Shown in pieces: positions 53,419 through 63,914 of a stretch of 64,000 nt of DNA. Where the stretch lies: the NCBI GenBank assembly GCA_016937995.1, contig JAFGVM010000024.1, positions 309-64,308 of the forward strand. Reading direction: 5' to 3'. The notes beneath the pieces were generated by a model, which was given only the letters and a program-made list of their open reading frames with translations, searched no databases and was not told where the DNA came from. Origin of the DNA: Candidatus Delongbacteria bacterium (lineage in GTDB: Bacteria > UBA4055). Positions within the stretch are counted from its first letter, which is position 1. Each line of letters starts with the position of its first letter. Both the position numbers and the translations under genes were made by a program.

Positions 53419-54144
53419 ATGAAAAAAATATATTTCATATCAGATGTGCATCTGGCTCTGGACAGAGAGAAAGATACTATTGATAGAAAAAATAAACTGC
53501 TCTCGTTCCTGGAATACATAGAGGATGAAGCATCAAAGATAGTCTTTGCCGGTGACCTGTTTGATTTCTGGTTTGAATGGTACTATGTTATTCCCGGATT
53601 CCATTTTGATCTCTTTTCTAAATTTAAAGAAATGATAAAAAATGGAATAGAAATTGTTTATCTAACAGGAAATCACGATTTCCATTTAAGTGATTTTTTA
53701 ACCAAAGAAATAGGTATGAACTGTATTGATGAGACTTATACCTTTGAAGTTGGAGAAAAAAAATTCTTTGTCGCACATGGTGACGGTTACGCTAAAGTGG
53801 ACTCAGGATACAGGTTCCTTAAAAAGATATTAAGAAGTAAAATTTCAAATTTCCTTTTCAAAACCTTAATCCATCCCGACCTGGGTATTCTGTTCGCAAA
53901 ATTAACATCAGGATCAAGCAGAAAATACAGAACTATTGACAGATCAAAATGGAGAGATGAATACCTTGATTTTGCAAAGACCAAATTTATGGAAAATTTC
54001 AATTATGTTATACTGGGACATCTGCATGATCCTGTTATAGAAGAGGTAAATGGTAATTTTTATCTGAACACCGGTGACTGGATCAACCATTTTTCATATG
54101 GAGTCTTTGACGGTGAAGAACTGGAATTGAAATACTATAAATAA
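53419..54144 (+). CDS. lpxH: UDP-2,3-diacylglucosamine diphosphatase (calcineurin-like metallophosphoesterase)
   Basis: Contains FISDVHL, AGDLFDFWFEW, LTGNHDF and AHGDG. Confidence 0.7.
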   Translation: MKKIYFISDVHLALDREKDTIDRKNKLLSFLEYIEDEASKIVFAGDLFDFWFEWYYVIPGFHFDLFSKFKEMIKNGIEIVYLTGNHDFHLSDFLTKEIGMNCIDETYTFEVGEKKFFVAHGDGYAKVDSGYRFLKKILRSKISNFLFKTLIHPDLGILFAKLTSGSSRKYRTIDRSKWRDEYLDFAKTKFMENFNYVILGHLHDPVIEEVNGNFYLNTGDWINHFSYGVFDGEELELKYYK

Positions 54145-54145
54145 T

Positions 54146-54191
54146 TATCCCGGCGGGATATGACAACATAAACCGCAGGTTTAGATCTGCG
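54146..54191. repeat. Hairpin elements of the dispersed family
   Basis: TATCCCG-g-CGGGATA is followed by ATGACAA (reverse orientation of the TGTCAT box type). There is also CCGCAG-gtttagat-CTGCGG. Confidence 0.6.
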
Positions 54192-54208
54192 GAGATAAAG
54201 GAAAAACC

Positions 54209-56401
54209 ATGGCAGTAGAAAAAAAGAAGAAAGTAAATGTAATTAAAGCACTATTGGTAATGTTCTCGGGAGCAATAGTTCTGTCAGCTATATCAGTTTT
54301 AGCACTCTACATCTATATTTCAAGCCTGATGGCGGATCTACCTGAATTCAAAAAACTTGAAAAATATGAACCAAACCTGATCACTAAATTGTATTCTTCA
54401 GACGGTGTACTCATTAAAGAGCTATACTCTGAGAATAGAAATCCGGTTGACCTTGATAGTATACCTAAGCATGTAACTCAGGCTTTAATATCAACTGAGG
54501 ACAGAGCTTTCGGTGAGCATTGGGGCTTTAATACAAGAAGGACCGTACAGGCGGCCATGATGGCAATTCCCAGAAAGCTTGTAGGTAAAAATGTTCATGG
54601 TGCTTCTACCATAACACAGCAGCTAGCAAGAAACCTTTACAATGAGATCGGCTTTAAGAAAAATGTTGAAAGAAAGATCAAAGAGCTTCTAACATCTATT
54701 GAGCTTGAGAAAATGTATTCAAAGAAAGAGATCATGGAGATGTATCTGACCCAGTGTCTTTTTGGAGAAGGAACTTACGGAATTCAGTCTAGTGCAAAGA
54801 GAATGTTCGGTAAAAACGCCTCTGAATTACTTGTTGAGGAATCTGCTCTTTTGATAGCACAATTAAAAGCTCCGGCACACTATAATCCTTTCAAAAAACC
54901 TGAAAATGCTCTTAACAGAAGAAATCTTGTTCTCTACAATATGCTGACAATGGGATATATCGGTGAAGATGAGTACGACTCTGTGAAGCAGTTACCGATA
55001 GTTCTTAATGAAATAACGAGAAAAGAGATCGGCATTGCCCCTTATTTCACTGAGAATATCAGAAAAAAATTGAGGGATATGCAGGATGAATATGATTTTG
55101 AATATCTCAGGGACGGACTTAAGGTCTATACAACTTTGGATTCAAGGATCCAGGCAATAGCCGACACATGCGTTCAGGCTTATATTCCTATCGTTACATC
55201 AAGTACTAAACAAAGGTTCATAAAAGATACCCGTAAGGGTCTTAAGAAATACGTTCATGCGAATTATGATTCAACAAGATGGAAATTCAAAATGAGCGAC
55301 AGCCTGATGATAGACTCTCTGGTAGAGGCAAAACTTAAACCTCAAATGGCTCTGATGGCCATAAATCCAAAGAACGGTAATATTCTGGCAATGGTCGGTG
55401 GAACTGACTTTAAAAATCATAAATTCAATACAGCAACTCAGGCATGGAGACAACCCGGTTCGATCTTTAAACCAATAGTATATCTTACCGCTCTGGATAA
55501 CGGTTATTCTCCTGCAACAACTTTGATAAATCAGCCTGTTGTAGTTACGATGCCCGATGGTTCAAGATGGCAGCCTGGAAACTATGATAAGACCAACATG
55601 GGCGGCTATATATCACTGAGAGAAGCTTTAAGACAGTCACTCAACCTTATATCTGTAAGACTGATAATGGAGCTTATTACTCCAAGGGAAGTTATTACTT
55701 ACGCAAGAAAACTTGGAATTAATACAAAATATGTTATGGCGTATAATTCAATTGCACTTGGAGCAGGAGCTCTGAGACCGCTGGATATTCTGACTGCTTA
55801 TTCTACCATTGCAAACCGGGGAACACATATCAAACCTCTTGACATTTTAAAGATAGAAGACAAGAACGGAAATACAATTAGAGAATTCCAACCTGACAGG
55901 AACGTCGCTATTTCAAAGGAAACCGCTTACATGATAACCAACATGATGGAAGATGTTGTTAATGCAAGTGACGGAACCGGTAGAAGACTTAGATTCATGT
56001 ATGATTTTAGAAGACCTGTAGCAGGTAAAACAGGTACGACCAACGATTTTACTGATGCCTGGTTCTGTGGATTTACTCCACAGATAGCAGTAGTGGTCTG
56101 GGTCGGATTGCTGGATCCCGCTTTTAAGCTCGGGAACGGGGCTACTGGTTCTAATACGGCTTTACCTTTGTGGGGAAAATTTATAAAACAGCTTTATGAT
56201 GAGATGAACTGGCCCGTTGAAGATTTTCAGGTACCTGAAGGAATTGTTGAAGTAGAGGTTTGCAAAGACAGTATGAAACCTGCCGGTCCTTATTGTCCTA
56301 GAACATACAAGGAAATATTCAACGAAAAATATATTCCGTCTGAGAAATGTGATATACATACTCCAAGGAATATTGACAGCGACGATTCGGGTAGATTCTA
56401 A
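54209..56401 (+). CDS. mrcA: Class A penicillin-binding protein (PBP1A: transglycosylase/transpeptidase)
   Basis: Contains STEDRAFGEHWG, GASTITQQLA, SIFKP, SLN and KTGTTND. Confidence 0.9.
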   Translation: MAVEKKKKVNVIKALLVMFSGAIVLSAISVLALYIYISSLMADLPEFKKLEKYEPNLITKLYSSDGVLIKELYSENRNPVDLDSIPKHVTQALISTEDRAFGEHWGFNTRRTVQAAMMAIPRKLVGKNVHGASTITQQLARNLYNEIGFKKNVERKIKELLTSIELEKMYSKKEIMEMYLTQCLFGEGTYGIQSSAKRMFGKNASELLVEESALLIAQLKAPAHYNPFKKPENALNRRNLVLYNMLTMGYIGEDEYDSVKQLPIVLNEITRKEIGIAPYFTENIRKKLRDMQDEYDFEYLRDGLKVYTTLDSRIQAIADTCVQAYIPIVTSSTKQRFIKDTRKGLKKYVHANYDSTRWKFKMSDSLMIDSLVEAKLKPQMALMAINPKNGNILAMVGGTDFKNHKFNTATQAWRQPGSIFKPIVYLTALDNGYSPATTLINQPVVVTMPDGSRWQPGNYDKTNMGGYISLREALRQSLNLISVRLIMELITPREVITYARKLGINTKYVMAYNSIALGAGALRPLDILTAYSTIANRGTHIKPLDILKIEDKNGNTIREFQPDRNVAISKETAYMITNMMEDVVNASDGTGRRLRFMYDFRRPVAGKTGTTNDFTDAWFCGFTPQIAVVVWVGLLDPAFKLGNGATGSNTALPLWGKFIKQLYDEMNWPVEDFQVPEGIVEVEVCKDSMKPAGPYCPRTYKEIFNEKYIPSEKCDIHTPRNIDSDDSGRF

Positions 56402-56407
56402 TTTTAT

Positions 56408-56489
56408 CCGTTGTGAGACGCAAAGTGCTGCGTCAATTCGGAAACCCTTGAAAATTGGACATTCGTAAAGGAACGCATTCCTGCGTTCC
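56408..56489. repeat. Hairpin elements between convergent genes
   Basis: TGTGA-GACGCA-aagtgc-TGCGTC (56417-56434) and GGAACGCA-ttcc-TGCGTTCC (56470-56489). The second has the same stem as 3788-3807 but a different loop. Confidence 0.75.
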
Positions 56490-56506
56490 CTACTGTCCAC
56501 TAGTCA

Positions 56507-59500
56507 CTATTTAATAATTACAAATTTCCCGACAAATTCATAATCACTATCCACATCCTGTACGCTGAATAGATATATCCCAGATACTACTGCCTGATTG
56601 TTATCATTTATCAGATTCCAGTAAGCTCCGTTCTCTCCAAACATCCACTGAGCATTTATTCTTGCATTACCATTATGCCCTATAGTTTTTACCAGATCCC
56701 CAGCTAAAGTATAGATTTTTATAACACAATTCAACGGCAGGTTCATAAACACAATTTTTCTATCCTGCTCAACCCAGTAATCCTGACCGTCAAAGTTCTC
56801 CCATCCTAAATTTTCATAATCTGCATCATCACGATAAGGATTCGGTACAACTATGACTTCCTTTCTTCCTGATATCTTCGTTGGAATGATAGATATCCCG
56901 TTTATAGCTGGACTGGATTTTAATGCAGGAACTCCGCTCTTCGGTTCACCGTTATCTGAAGCTGTAACCGCAATAAATTTCTCTTTTGCATATAGCTGAT
57001 CATGCAGTATGAACTTATATCTGTGGAATTTTATCATCCGGACAGAATCAGAAATATTTATCTCAACAGAGTCAGGAGAAGATGAGTAGGAATACATCTG
57101 ATTAACGCTATGGTCTGAGTACAATGATGTGTTATCTCCGTAAGGAACAAGCTGCCATATCTTCCCTTCAGAGGAAAAGGTCCGAGGGTAATTATCGGGA
57201 TGAGCTGTCAGGCTGTCTTCGGGAAAAGGAATATCAAAGAATTCTTTATCATCCACAACATTGCTGTAGACATAATTTATTTTATCAACACCAAATATAT
57301 CAACATAGTTAATTGAATTGGAATTTGGTGATATCATTATCTGATAACCTTCAAAGTCTTTTCTTCTTGAGAAAGTATCGGTAAAATGCTCAGGTCCGGA
57401 TAATCCATAGCTTCCATCGTCTTTTAAATTGAATTCATGTGATGACCATTCAACTATTACATCATTTTTATCATAAGAAATTTTTATCTTGGGTGAAGGT
57501 GGAGGTGGCGGCCCTGTAAAATCAGGCACTCCGTCACCTGTATCTATTTTATCATTACCATAACCGTATCGAACCCATGTTCCCTGTGGTTGAAGACCAT
57601 TCAATTTATCATACTTTACCATATATCCATAACCATCACCGTTAAAGGAAGAACCCGTGATACCAAAGATACCTTCAGGATCTTCCGTTTTTCTTCCAAA
57701 AGGTAATAATTCGTCCTCATTATTTGCAGTATTCCCATAAATATCTGTAAATTCTGAAGAGAAAGTCGTGAGTTCAAAATCACCCTCTCCCTCATCTGCA
57801 CCTGTATAATTCCTTCCCAGCCACCAGCAGTATGTATCCTCAGATAACATAACATCCGAGAAAAGCCCGTCCTTACCAACATCTTCACCGAACCAGCCGT
57901 CAGTCTTTGTCGATCCATATTTTGTTACAGGTGTATCGAACATAGGAATATCATATACTCTTTCAGCCCATATAACGTTATTCAGTGCATCATACCAGCC
58001 TTTATCGTAAAGAGAAACATCCAGACCGTCATCAAGATCGACAATATTCTCATTGGCATAGTTAGGGTCCTGATCCAGAGAAGTATGGAAATTTTCATTG
58101 ACGATAAATGCCAAAGTAAGTTTTAGAGAGTCTCCGTAAGCAAACCGCCATGCTACTTTATCCAAAACTTCATCGACAACACCGTTCCGGTCAGAATCCT
58201 TTGCAACACTTATCGTTGATTCTGTACCTAATGGACCGAATGACAGCAGATATCTTTCATCCATACCGTTCGCAATATCATTTAGATCACTAATATCACC
58301 GTCGGGAACTTCACCTGCCTGCTCATCACCCGAAACTATCCATTTTTGCCATTTTGCTGCTTGAGCAAACGGAGTATTTTCCATATATGACGGGTCATTG
58401 TACGATCCATTATACACTTCCCTTATCTTCGTCTGATCATAATCGAACTCATCGTTCGACATTACCATATATTTACCACGGTCAGCTATTGGTCTTCCCT
58501 CAGTTCTCCCGTTATACATGAATTGACCTGCATCATTTACAAGACCGTCATAATTTGTATCATCATATCCTTTATGCTTAGGAGTAAGATCATAATTCCA
58601 GTCAGAATGCAATCCTGTTTTCCAGTGAGGACCCCAGTCCAAACTTTCATCATCAGAGTCATAAACGAATATATTGAATGAATATCTTAATGAAGGATTA
58701 GGATTTCTCAATACTCTAAGAGTTGCTACTCCGGTTGCACCGTCAAGAACAGAACCGGAACCCGGTTCAATAGGATTGTCATAACCACCTGTATAATTCC
58801 TGCCGTCGTTATCTGCTGACCATGCAAAGTTTAGATCAACAGTTTTTCTATCACTGGTGGCAGGATCAATGTAATTATCCCATTTTTGAATAAAACCGCA
58901 TAGATCATCTGCATGCCTCCAGTCCCAGTCTCCACCGATCATACCAATATCAGAATCAACGTACATGCCCATAAAAAAGTCATAAATATCCTTTCCATCC
59001 TGATTTCTATTGTAAAGTGTATAATCTATTATCACGAATTTTTTTGCATAATTGTATGACCATGCATAACTTTTCTGCCTTATTTCAAGACCCAAAGGAA
59101 TATGGTCCCTTTTATCATAGTCATCCTGACCGGTATAAGGATCCCGGAGAACGTATTTATCCGTGTACATTGTATTGAACTGCTCCTCTGCTGTCGCAGC
59201 AGGATCATAAACATCCTGGAACAAACAATTGATCTTTCCCTCAACATTGGATGTTTCTCTGATATGCCCTAAAGTTGTCCCGGCCGGATCCTCCTCGAAA
59301 TTTATCGGCCACATTTCCCTTGGCATTGGGTCTCCTTGCCATCCCTCATATGAAGTAGATACGAGAGGACCCTGAAAAACAGTTGCATCAACACCGTTAA
59401 TATTAACAGTTAATGAATCCAGATAACCTCCGCACCACAATGATCCCACCCAGATAAAATTAGTACCTGAACCACCGGGCATTTCTCCCATTACAACAGG

Positions 59501-59743
59501 TTTACCGGTACATGGATCATCATAATACAACCACGGGTCTCCGAACCAGCCTGAGTTCGATACATTCAACCATAATAATCCTGCTCTGTGAACACGGTAT
59601 TCATGAACCGGTTTAATGGCTTTTAATGAAAGTTCATTCCCGGAAATTACTTTTTTGTCAATGAGTTCAGATCTGTCAGCTACTCCTGACAGGTTATATA
59701 TAAAGAATAATAAAAGCAGTATAGTTGTCTTCAAAACATTCAT
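56507..59743 (-). CDS. Large secreted hypothetical protein with T9SS-type C-terminal sorting domain
   Basis: A signal peptide follows the ATG at 59743. It has a poly-Pro linker GPPPPPSP and an FN3-like segment. The C-terminus is VVPNPY...IKIYTLAGDLV...GIYLFSVQD...GKFVIIK. Confidence 0.7.
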   Translation of the reverse strand: MNVLKTTILLLLFFIYNLSGVADRSELIDKKVISGNELSLKAIKPVHEYRVHRAGLLWLNVSNSGWFGDPWLYYDDPCTGKPVVMGEMPGGSGTNFIWVGSLWCGGYLDSLTVNINGVDATVFQGPLVSTSYEGWQGDPMPREMWPINFEEDPAGTTLGHIRETSNVEGKINCLFQDVYDPAATAEEQFNTMYTDKYVLRDPYTGQDDYDKRDHIPLGLEIRQKSYAWSYNYAKKFVIIDYTLYNRNQDGKDIYDFFMGMYVDSDIGMIGGDWDWRHADDLCGFIQKWDNYIDPATSDRKTVDLNFAWSADNDGRNYTGGYDNPIEPGSGSVLDGATGVATLRVLRNPNPSLRYSFNIFVYDSDDESLDWGPHWKTGLHSDWNYDLTPKHKGYDDTNYDGLVNDAGQFMYNGRTEGRPIADRGKYMVMSNDEFDYDQTKIREVYNGSYNDPSYMENTPFAQAAKWQKWIVSGDEQAGEVPDGDISDLNDIANGMDERYLLSFGPLGTESTISVAKDSDRNGVVDEVLDKVAWRFAYGDSLKLTLAFIVNENFHTSLDQDPNYANENIVDLDDGLDVSLYDKGWYDALNNVIWAERVYDIPMFDTPVTKYGSTKTDGWFGEDVGKDGLFSDVMLSEDTYCWWLGRNYTGADEGEGDFELTTFSSEFTDIYGNTANNEDELLPFGRKTEDPEGIFGITGSSFNGDGYGYMVKYDKLNGLQPQGTWVRYGYGNDKIDTGDGVPDFTGPPPPPSPKIKISYDKNDVIVEWSSHEFNLKDDGSYGLSGPEHFTDTFSRRKDFEGYQIMISPNSNSINYVDIFGVDKINYVYSNVVDDKEFFDIPFPEDSLTAHPDNYPRTFSSEGKIWQLVPYGDNTSLYSDHSVNQMYSYSSSPDSVEINISDSVRMIKFHRYKFILHDQLYAKEKFIAVTASDNGEPKSGVPALKSSPAINGISIIPTKISGRKEVIVVPNPYRDDADYENLGWENFDGQDYWVEQDRKIVFMNLPLNCVIKIYTLAGDLVKTIGHNGNARINAQWMFGENGAYWNLINDNNQAVVSGIYLFSVQDVDSDYEFVGKFVIIK

Positions 59744-59892
59744 AAAATAACCTTCTTCATCTATTATGGTGGGTATATAAACAAATCTATGAAAACAAAA
59801 GAACAATTCAAATTAAAAAATCCATCATGTTAATAGTTGTAAAATAATTATATTAGTTGTATATTTTAAAAAAATATATTGGAATAGTAAAT

Positions 59893-60843
59893 ATGAAAAT
59901 CAACCCGATTGTTCAAGTAATTAAATATATTTATGCCTCTTTCAGAAAGGATATACGTACAAAGTTCATTTTTTTTATCATCGGTATAATCCTTTGGTTG
60001 AACATAAATCTGGAAAAGGATTTTGAAACTAATATTGTTGTGCCTATTAAGGTCACTAATCTTCCGTCAAATAAAACTCTATTGCATCCCATACCACAGC
60101 TTGCCAAGATCAAAGTCCGCTCAAAAGGAAAATCTCTGGTAATGACCGATATTAAGAATTCTTTATACTTTGAGATAGATCTTTCATCGAACAAAGATAC
60201 TGTTATTCAAAGACTGAACTCTGACCTTTTTGTTAATCTTACCTCCAAAGAACTTGAACCTTTATTCATATTCTATCCGCAAGAAGTTGTAGTAGTTCTC
60301 GACGATCTTTTAAAGAAGAAGGTCCCGGTAAAGTGCAATACAAAATACACTCTTGCTCCAGGTTATGTTTTCTCAGGTAAATTTAAACAGGATCCTGATT
60401 CGATCATAATTTCCGGACCTGAAGAAAAGGTCAGGCTGATAAACAATGTTCAAACCAAACTTGATATATCCGAACAACTTACTACTGATTATTCAAAAAA
60501 TGTAAATCTGATCCTAAGAGATACAAATTCGATCAAATATTCAAGAAAGACAGTTTCTCTGTTCCACAGGATCGTAAGGAAAGGATTCTACACTTTCAAA
60601 GTACCGGTTAAAATAGTTAACAAACAGCTTAACCAGAATGTTATTGTTAATCCTGTTGCAGTAGAAATTGAGATCTCAGGTCCTGTCAACGAACTTCAGA
60701 AGATAAATTCGAAGGACTTTGTAATCTTAGCCGATCTTAACAATATCGATGAAATATCCGAAACAGTCCCTCTTACTATCGAAACAGGGATCGAGCTTGA
60801 ATGGATAGCAAAAACTAAGGTGGCAAAAATAATCAAATATTAA
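59893..60843 (+). CDS. YbbR-like domain protein
   Basis: N-terminal TM segment followed by repeated VPIKV.N.P modules. Confidence 0.45.
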   Translation: MKINPIVQVIKYIYASFRKDIRTKFIFFIIGIILWLNINLEKDFETNIVVPIKVTNLPSNKTLLHPIPQLAKIKVRSKGKSLVMTDIKNSLYFEIDLSSNKDTVIQRLNSDLFVNLTSKELEPLFIFYPQEVVVVLDDLLKKKVPVKCNTKYTLAPGYVFSGKFKQDPDSIIISGPEEKVRLINNVQTKLDISEQLTTDYSKNVNLILRDTNSIKYSRKTVSLFHRIVRKGFYTFKVPVKIVNKQLNQNVIVNPVAVEIEISGPVNELQKINSKDFVILADLNNIDEISETVPLTIETGIELEWIAKTKVAKIIKY

Positions 60844-60886
60844 ATGTCAATACGGTCTTGACATTTGTCAATTTTTTGTTTAACTT
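60844..60886 (+). promoter_or_regulatory. Hairpin plus candidate promoter upstream of nfeD-floA
   Basis: ATGTCAA-tacggtc-TTGACAT hairpin. TTGACA (60858-63), 17-nt spacer, TAACTT (60881-86). Confidence 0.3.
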
Positions 60887-60925
60887 ACTGTCGTATCTAA
60901 GTTAGATCTTAATTTTGGAGGTAAT

Positions 60926-62230
60926 ATGAACAAAATATTTACACTGTTTGTAATGATACTTTCTTTTTCGCTTTTCGCAGAAAAGATTTACTGGGTGAAT
61001 GTGAGTGGAATGATCGATAATGGGGTTTCAACTTACATTGACAGAAGTATTGTGAGCGCAAAAGCAGATGATGCTGACTACATTATCTTTGAGATCAATA
61101 CATTTGGTGGTAGAGTTGATTCTGCAACAAAAATTAAAGACAGTATCATCAATTCGCCTATCCCCACAATTGCATACGTTAACAAAAGAGCGATCAGTGC
61201 TGGAGCTTTGATCGCATTAAGTTGTAAAACGATCATAATGACTGACGGCAGTTCTATTGGGGCGGCAACTGTAGTTGATGATAAAGGTGAAAAACAATCG
61301 GAAAAAGCACAGTCATACTTCAGGTCCGAGATCGGTTCTACCGCTGAGACAAATGGAAGAAGCAAGGAGATCGCAAGAGCTATGGTGGACGAGGATATCG
61401 AGATAGACAGTGTGATCACGAAAGGAAAATTACTCACTTTAACCTCCAAAGAAGCATTTAAATTATCAATGTGTGATACTATCGTCAAGAATACCGAAGA
61501 TCTTTACTCTTTCTTGAACATTTCGGATCCCACAGTGATAAAGGTAGAAATGACAATGGCTGACAGGATAGTAAGATTTTTAACAAATCCTATCGTCAGT
61601 TCATTACTGATGACCCTGGCTTTTTTAGGTTTGATCTTTGAAGTTAAAACAGCTGGTTGGGGTGTGGGTGGAACCGTAGGTATCATAGCACTTGTTCTCT
61701 TCTTCGGATCTCACTACATTTATAACCTAGCAGACCATATTGAGATAATAATCTTCCTTGTAAGTATAATACTGCTGTCACTGGAGGTATTCGTTATCCC
61801 GGGATTCGGAATTGCCGGAATTCTTGGTATCCTGGGAATATTCACTTCATTTTTTCTTACTCTTGTCGGATCAGATCCTTCAGGTGATGAACTTATAAAT
61901 GCCGGAGCTACGCTAAGTGGATCGTTCATTCTGTCAATAGTGGGAATATATATGATGACCAAATATCTGCCTGAGTCCAAATTCCTTGATTTCATTATAA
62001 TAAGGAACAAAGAGAAACGCGGTGACGGAGTTAAGAACACCAAACATTTTGAAGAGCTTATAGGTAAGAGCGGTATTGCTACAACAGATCTTCGGTTAGC
62101 AGGTAAGATAAAGATCGACGACACGGTATACCAAGCTGTTTCCAAGCATGAATATATTAACGCAAATGAATCTGTTACGGTCTCAAAAGTAGAAGGAAAT
62201 AAAATTTTTGTAATAAAAAAAGAAAATTAA
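60926..62230 (+). CDS. nfeD: NfeD-family membrane-bound ClpP-class serine protease
   Basis: N-terminal ClpP-like domain (IFEINTFGGRVDSA...AISAGALIAL), central TM helices and a C-terminal NfeD OB-fold. Confidence 0.8.
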   Translation: MNKIFTLFVMILSFSLFAEKIYWVNVSGMIDNGVSTYIDRSIVSAKADDADYIIFEINTFGGRVDSATKIKDSIINSPIPTIAYVNKRAISAGALIALSCKTIIMTDGSSIGAATVVDDKGEKQSEKAQSYFRSEIGSTAETNGRSKEIARAMVDEDIEIDSVITKGKLLTLTSKEAFKLSMCDTIVKNTEDLYSFLNISDPTVIKVEMTMADRIVRFLTNPIVSSLLMTLAFLGLIFEVKTAGWGVGGTVGIIALVLFFGSHYIYNLADHIEIIIFLVSIILLSLEVFVIPGFGIAGILGILGIFTSFFLTLVGSDPSGDELINAGATLSGSFILSIVGIYMMTKYLPESKFLDFIIIRNKEKRGDGVKNTKHFEELIGKSGIATTDLRLAGKIKIDDTVYQAVSKHEYINANESVTVSKVEGNKIFVIKKEN

Positions 62231-62245
62231 ACAAAGGAGAACAAA

Positions 62246-63220
62246 ATGCCAACACCAGTTCTAATTATCATCATTGGCGTAGTTTCACTGATCGGTTTCT
62301 CGATATTTATTTCATTCGTACCGATCCCGTTGTGGATCAACGCTCTCTTCGCAGGAGTTAAAGTATCTCTTGCATCTCTAGTGGGAATGAGATTAAGAAA
62401 AGTACCTCCATTCATAATCGTGAATGCCCTGATCACTGCTGTCAAAGCAGGATTGACGTTAACTACTAATGATCTTGAGACACATTATCTTTCAGGTGGA
62501 AATGTTCCGAGAGTTGTTAATGCATTGATCGCAGCTGATAAAGCAAATATCGAACTTGATTTCGGTATGGCCTGCGGTATTGACCTAGCAGGTAGAAACA
62601 TTCTTGAAGCAATTCAGACTTCAGTAAACCCGAGAGTTATCGATGCTCCTGTTACAGGCAAGATCGGTGCTGTTGCAAAAGACGGTATCCAGCTTTTTGC
62701 AAAAGCAAGGGTTACTGTAAGAACTAATATCCAGACATTGGTCGGTGGTGCTACAGAAGAGACTATCATTGCCCGTGTTGGTGAAGGTATCGTTTCTGCT
62801 ATCGGTTCATCAGAATCCTATAAAGTCGTTCTCGAGAATCCTGACAATATTTCAAAGAAAGTTCTTGCTAGAGGATTAGACGCCGGTACAGCATTTGAGA
62901 TCCTGTCGATTGATATTGCAGACGTTGATGTTGGAAAGAACGTTGGTGCTGAACTTCAAGCTGATCAGGCTACTTCTGACCTGAAAGTTGCACAGGCGAA
63001 AGCTGAAACAAGAAGAGCTATGGCAGTTGCTGAGGAGCAGGAGATGCAGGCAAGAGTGGTTGAGATGAAATCTAAAGTTGTAGAAGCTGAAGCTGAAGTT
63101 CCAAAAGCTATGGCTCAGGCTTTCAGAGAAGGTAATCTCGGTATCATGGATTATTATAAAATGAAAAATATTCAATCAGATACTAACATGAGAGATAACA
63201 TCGCAGATGTTAAAAGTTAG
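62246..63220 (+). CDS. floA: Flotillin-like protein FloA (YqfA/UPF0365)
   Basis: Contains [27 protein letters not shown]...[27 protein letters not shown]...[24 protein letters not shown]. Confidence 0.9.
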   Translation: MPTPVLIIIIGVVSLIGFSIFISFVPIPLWINALFAGVKVSLASLVGMRLRKVPPFIIVNALITAVKAGLTLTTNDLETHYLSGGNVPRVVNALIAADKANIELDFGMACGIDLAGRNILEAIQTSVNPRVIDAPVTGKIGAVAKDGIQLFAKARVTVRTNIQTLVGGATEETIIARVGEGIVSAIGSSESYKVVLENPDNISKKVLARGLDAGTAFEILSIDIADVDVGKNVGAELQADQATSDLKVAQAKAETRRAMAVAEEQEMQARVVEMKSKVVEAEAEVPKAMAQAFREGNLGIMDYYKMKNIQSDTNMRDNIADVKS

Positions 63221-63237
63221 GGATCAGTGATATTTCA

Positions 63238-63266
63238 GGTAAGGGTGGAATACCTCTGCCCTTACC
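63238..63266 (+). other. Stem-loop after floA
   Basis: GGTAAGGG (63238-45) pairs with CCCTTACC (63259-66) around a 13-nt loop. There is no clear T tract. Confidence 0.4.
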
Positions 63267-63297
63267 GTCTTGTTTAAACTTATTAGAAGGTTCTATC

Positions 63298-63903
63298 ATG
63301 GAAAAAATAGTAATATTTGTAATAATAATGATCATTTCATCATATTTTTCAAAGAAAAAAAAGCAGGCACAGGTATCGAGACATGAATCCAGTACTACAT
63401 TCTATGATAGCAATGGTAATATAATTTCCAAACCTCATACATCATCAAAACAGCAGCATTCATATCCTTCCAAAACGGTAAAATCTAATACTCAGCAACC
63501 TCAAAATATGAGTGAAGCTTTGAACGAACTTAAAAACATTTTCACAAATACAACACAGCAAAAACCTGTTCATAAACCTACTTCGGTATTTGAGAATTCT
63601 GATACGGTTTACGAAGTACATAATCATCCAGTTTCAATTGAAGATAATAATTCAGAGTATTCCGAAAATAAATATCAACAAGTTGAGTCTAACTACGATA
63701 CTTATATGCAGAAAAACAAAACAGACAGGATCAACAAAGAAAATTCTGCATTTAATCCTCCCATTAAAGAAAAAAATAGTTCATACACTATTAAGGCTAA
63801 AAGCGTTACTCATAAAAAAGATATCCTTTCTAATTTATTTGACAGTAGAAACAACCTGAAAAAAGCGGTTATAATTACTGAAGTTTTCAACAAAAAATAT
63901 TAG
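63298..63903 (+). CDS. Membrane-anchored low-complexity (Q/N/S/K-rich) hypothetical protein
   Basis: N-terminal TM segment MEKIVIFVIIMIISSYF followed by a disordered-looking sequence. Third gene after nfeD-floA. Confidence 0.5.
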   Translation: MEKIVIFVIIMIISSYFSKKKKQAQVSRHESSTTFYDSNGNIISKPHTSSKQQHSYPSKTVKSNTQQPQNMSEALNELKNIFTNTTQQKPVHKPTSVFENSDTVYEVHNHPVSIEDNNSEYSENKYQQVESNYDTYMQKNKTDRINKENSAFNPPIKEKNSSYTIKAKSVTHKKDILSNLFDSRNNLKKAVIITEVFNKKY

Positions 63904-63914
63904 GAATTGACATA

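Noticed and set aside
61078-62145. Minus-strand ORFs of 136, 60 and 141 aa inside nfeD
   Set aside because: They are antisense to a well-supported NfeD gene and have no independent signals.
62876-63175. 99-aa minus-strand ORF within floA
   Set aside because: It is antisense to the highly conserved FloA coding sequence.
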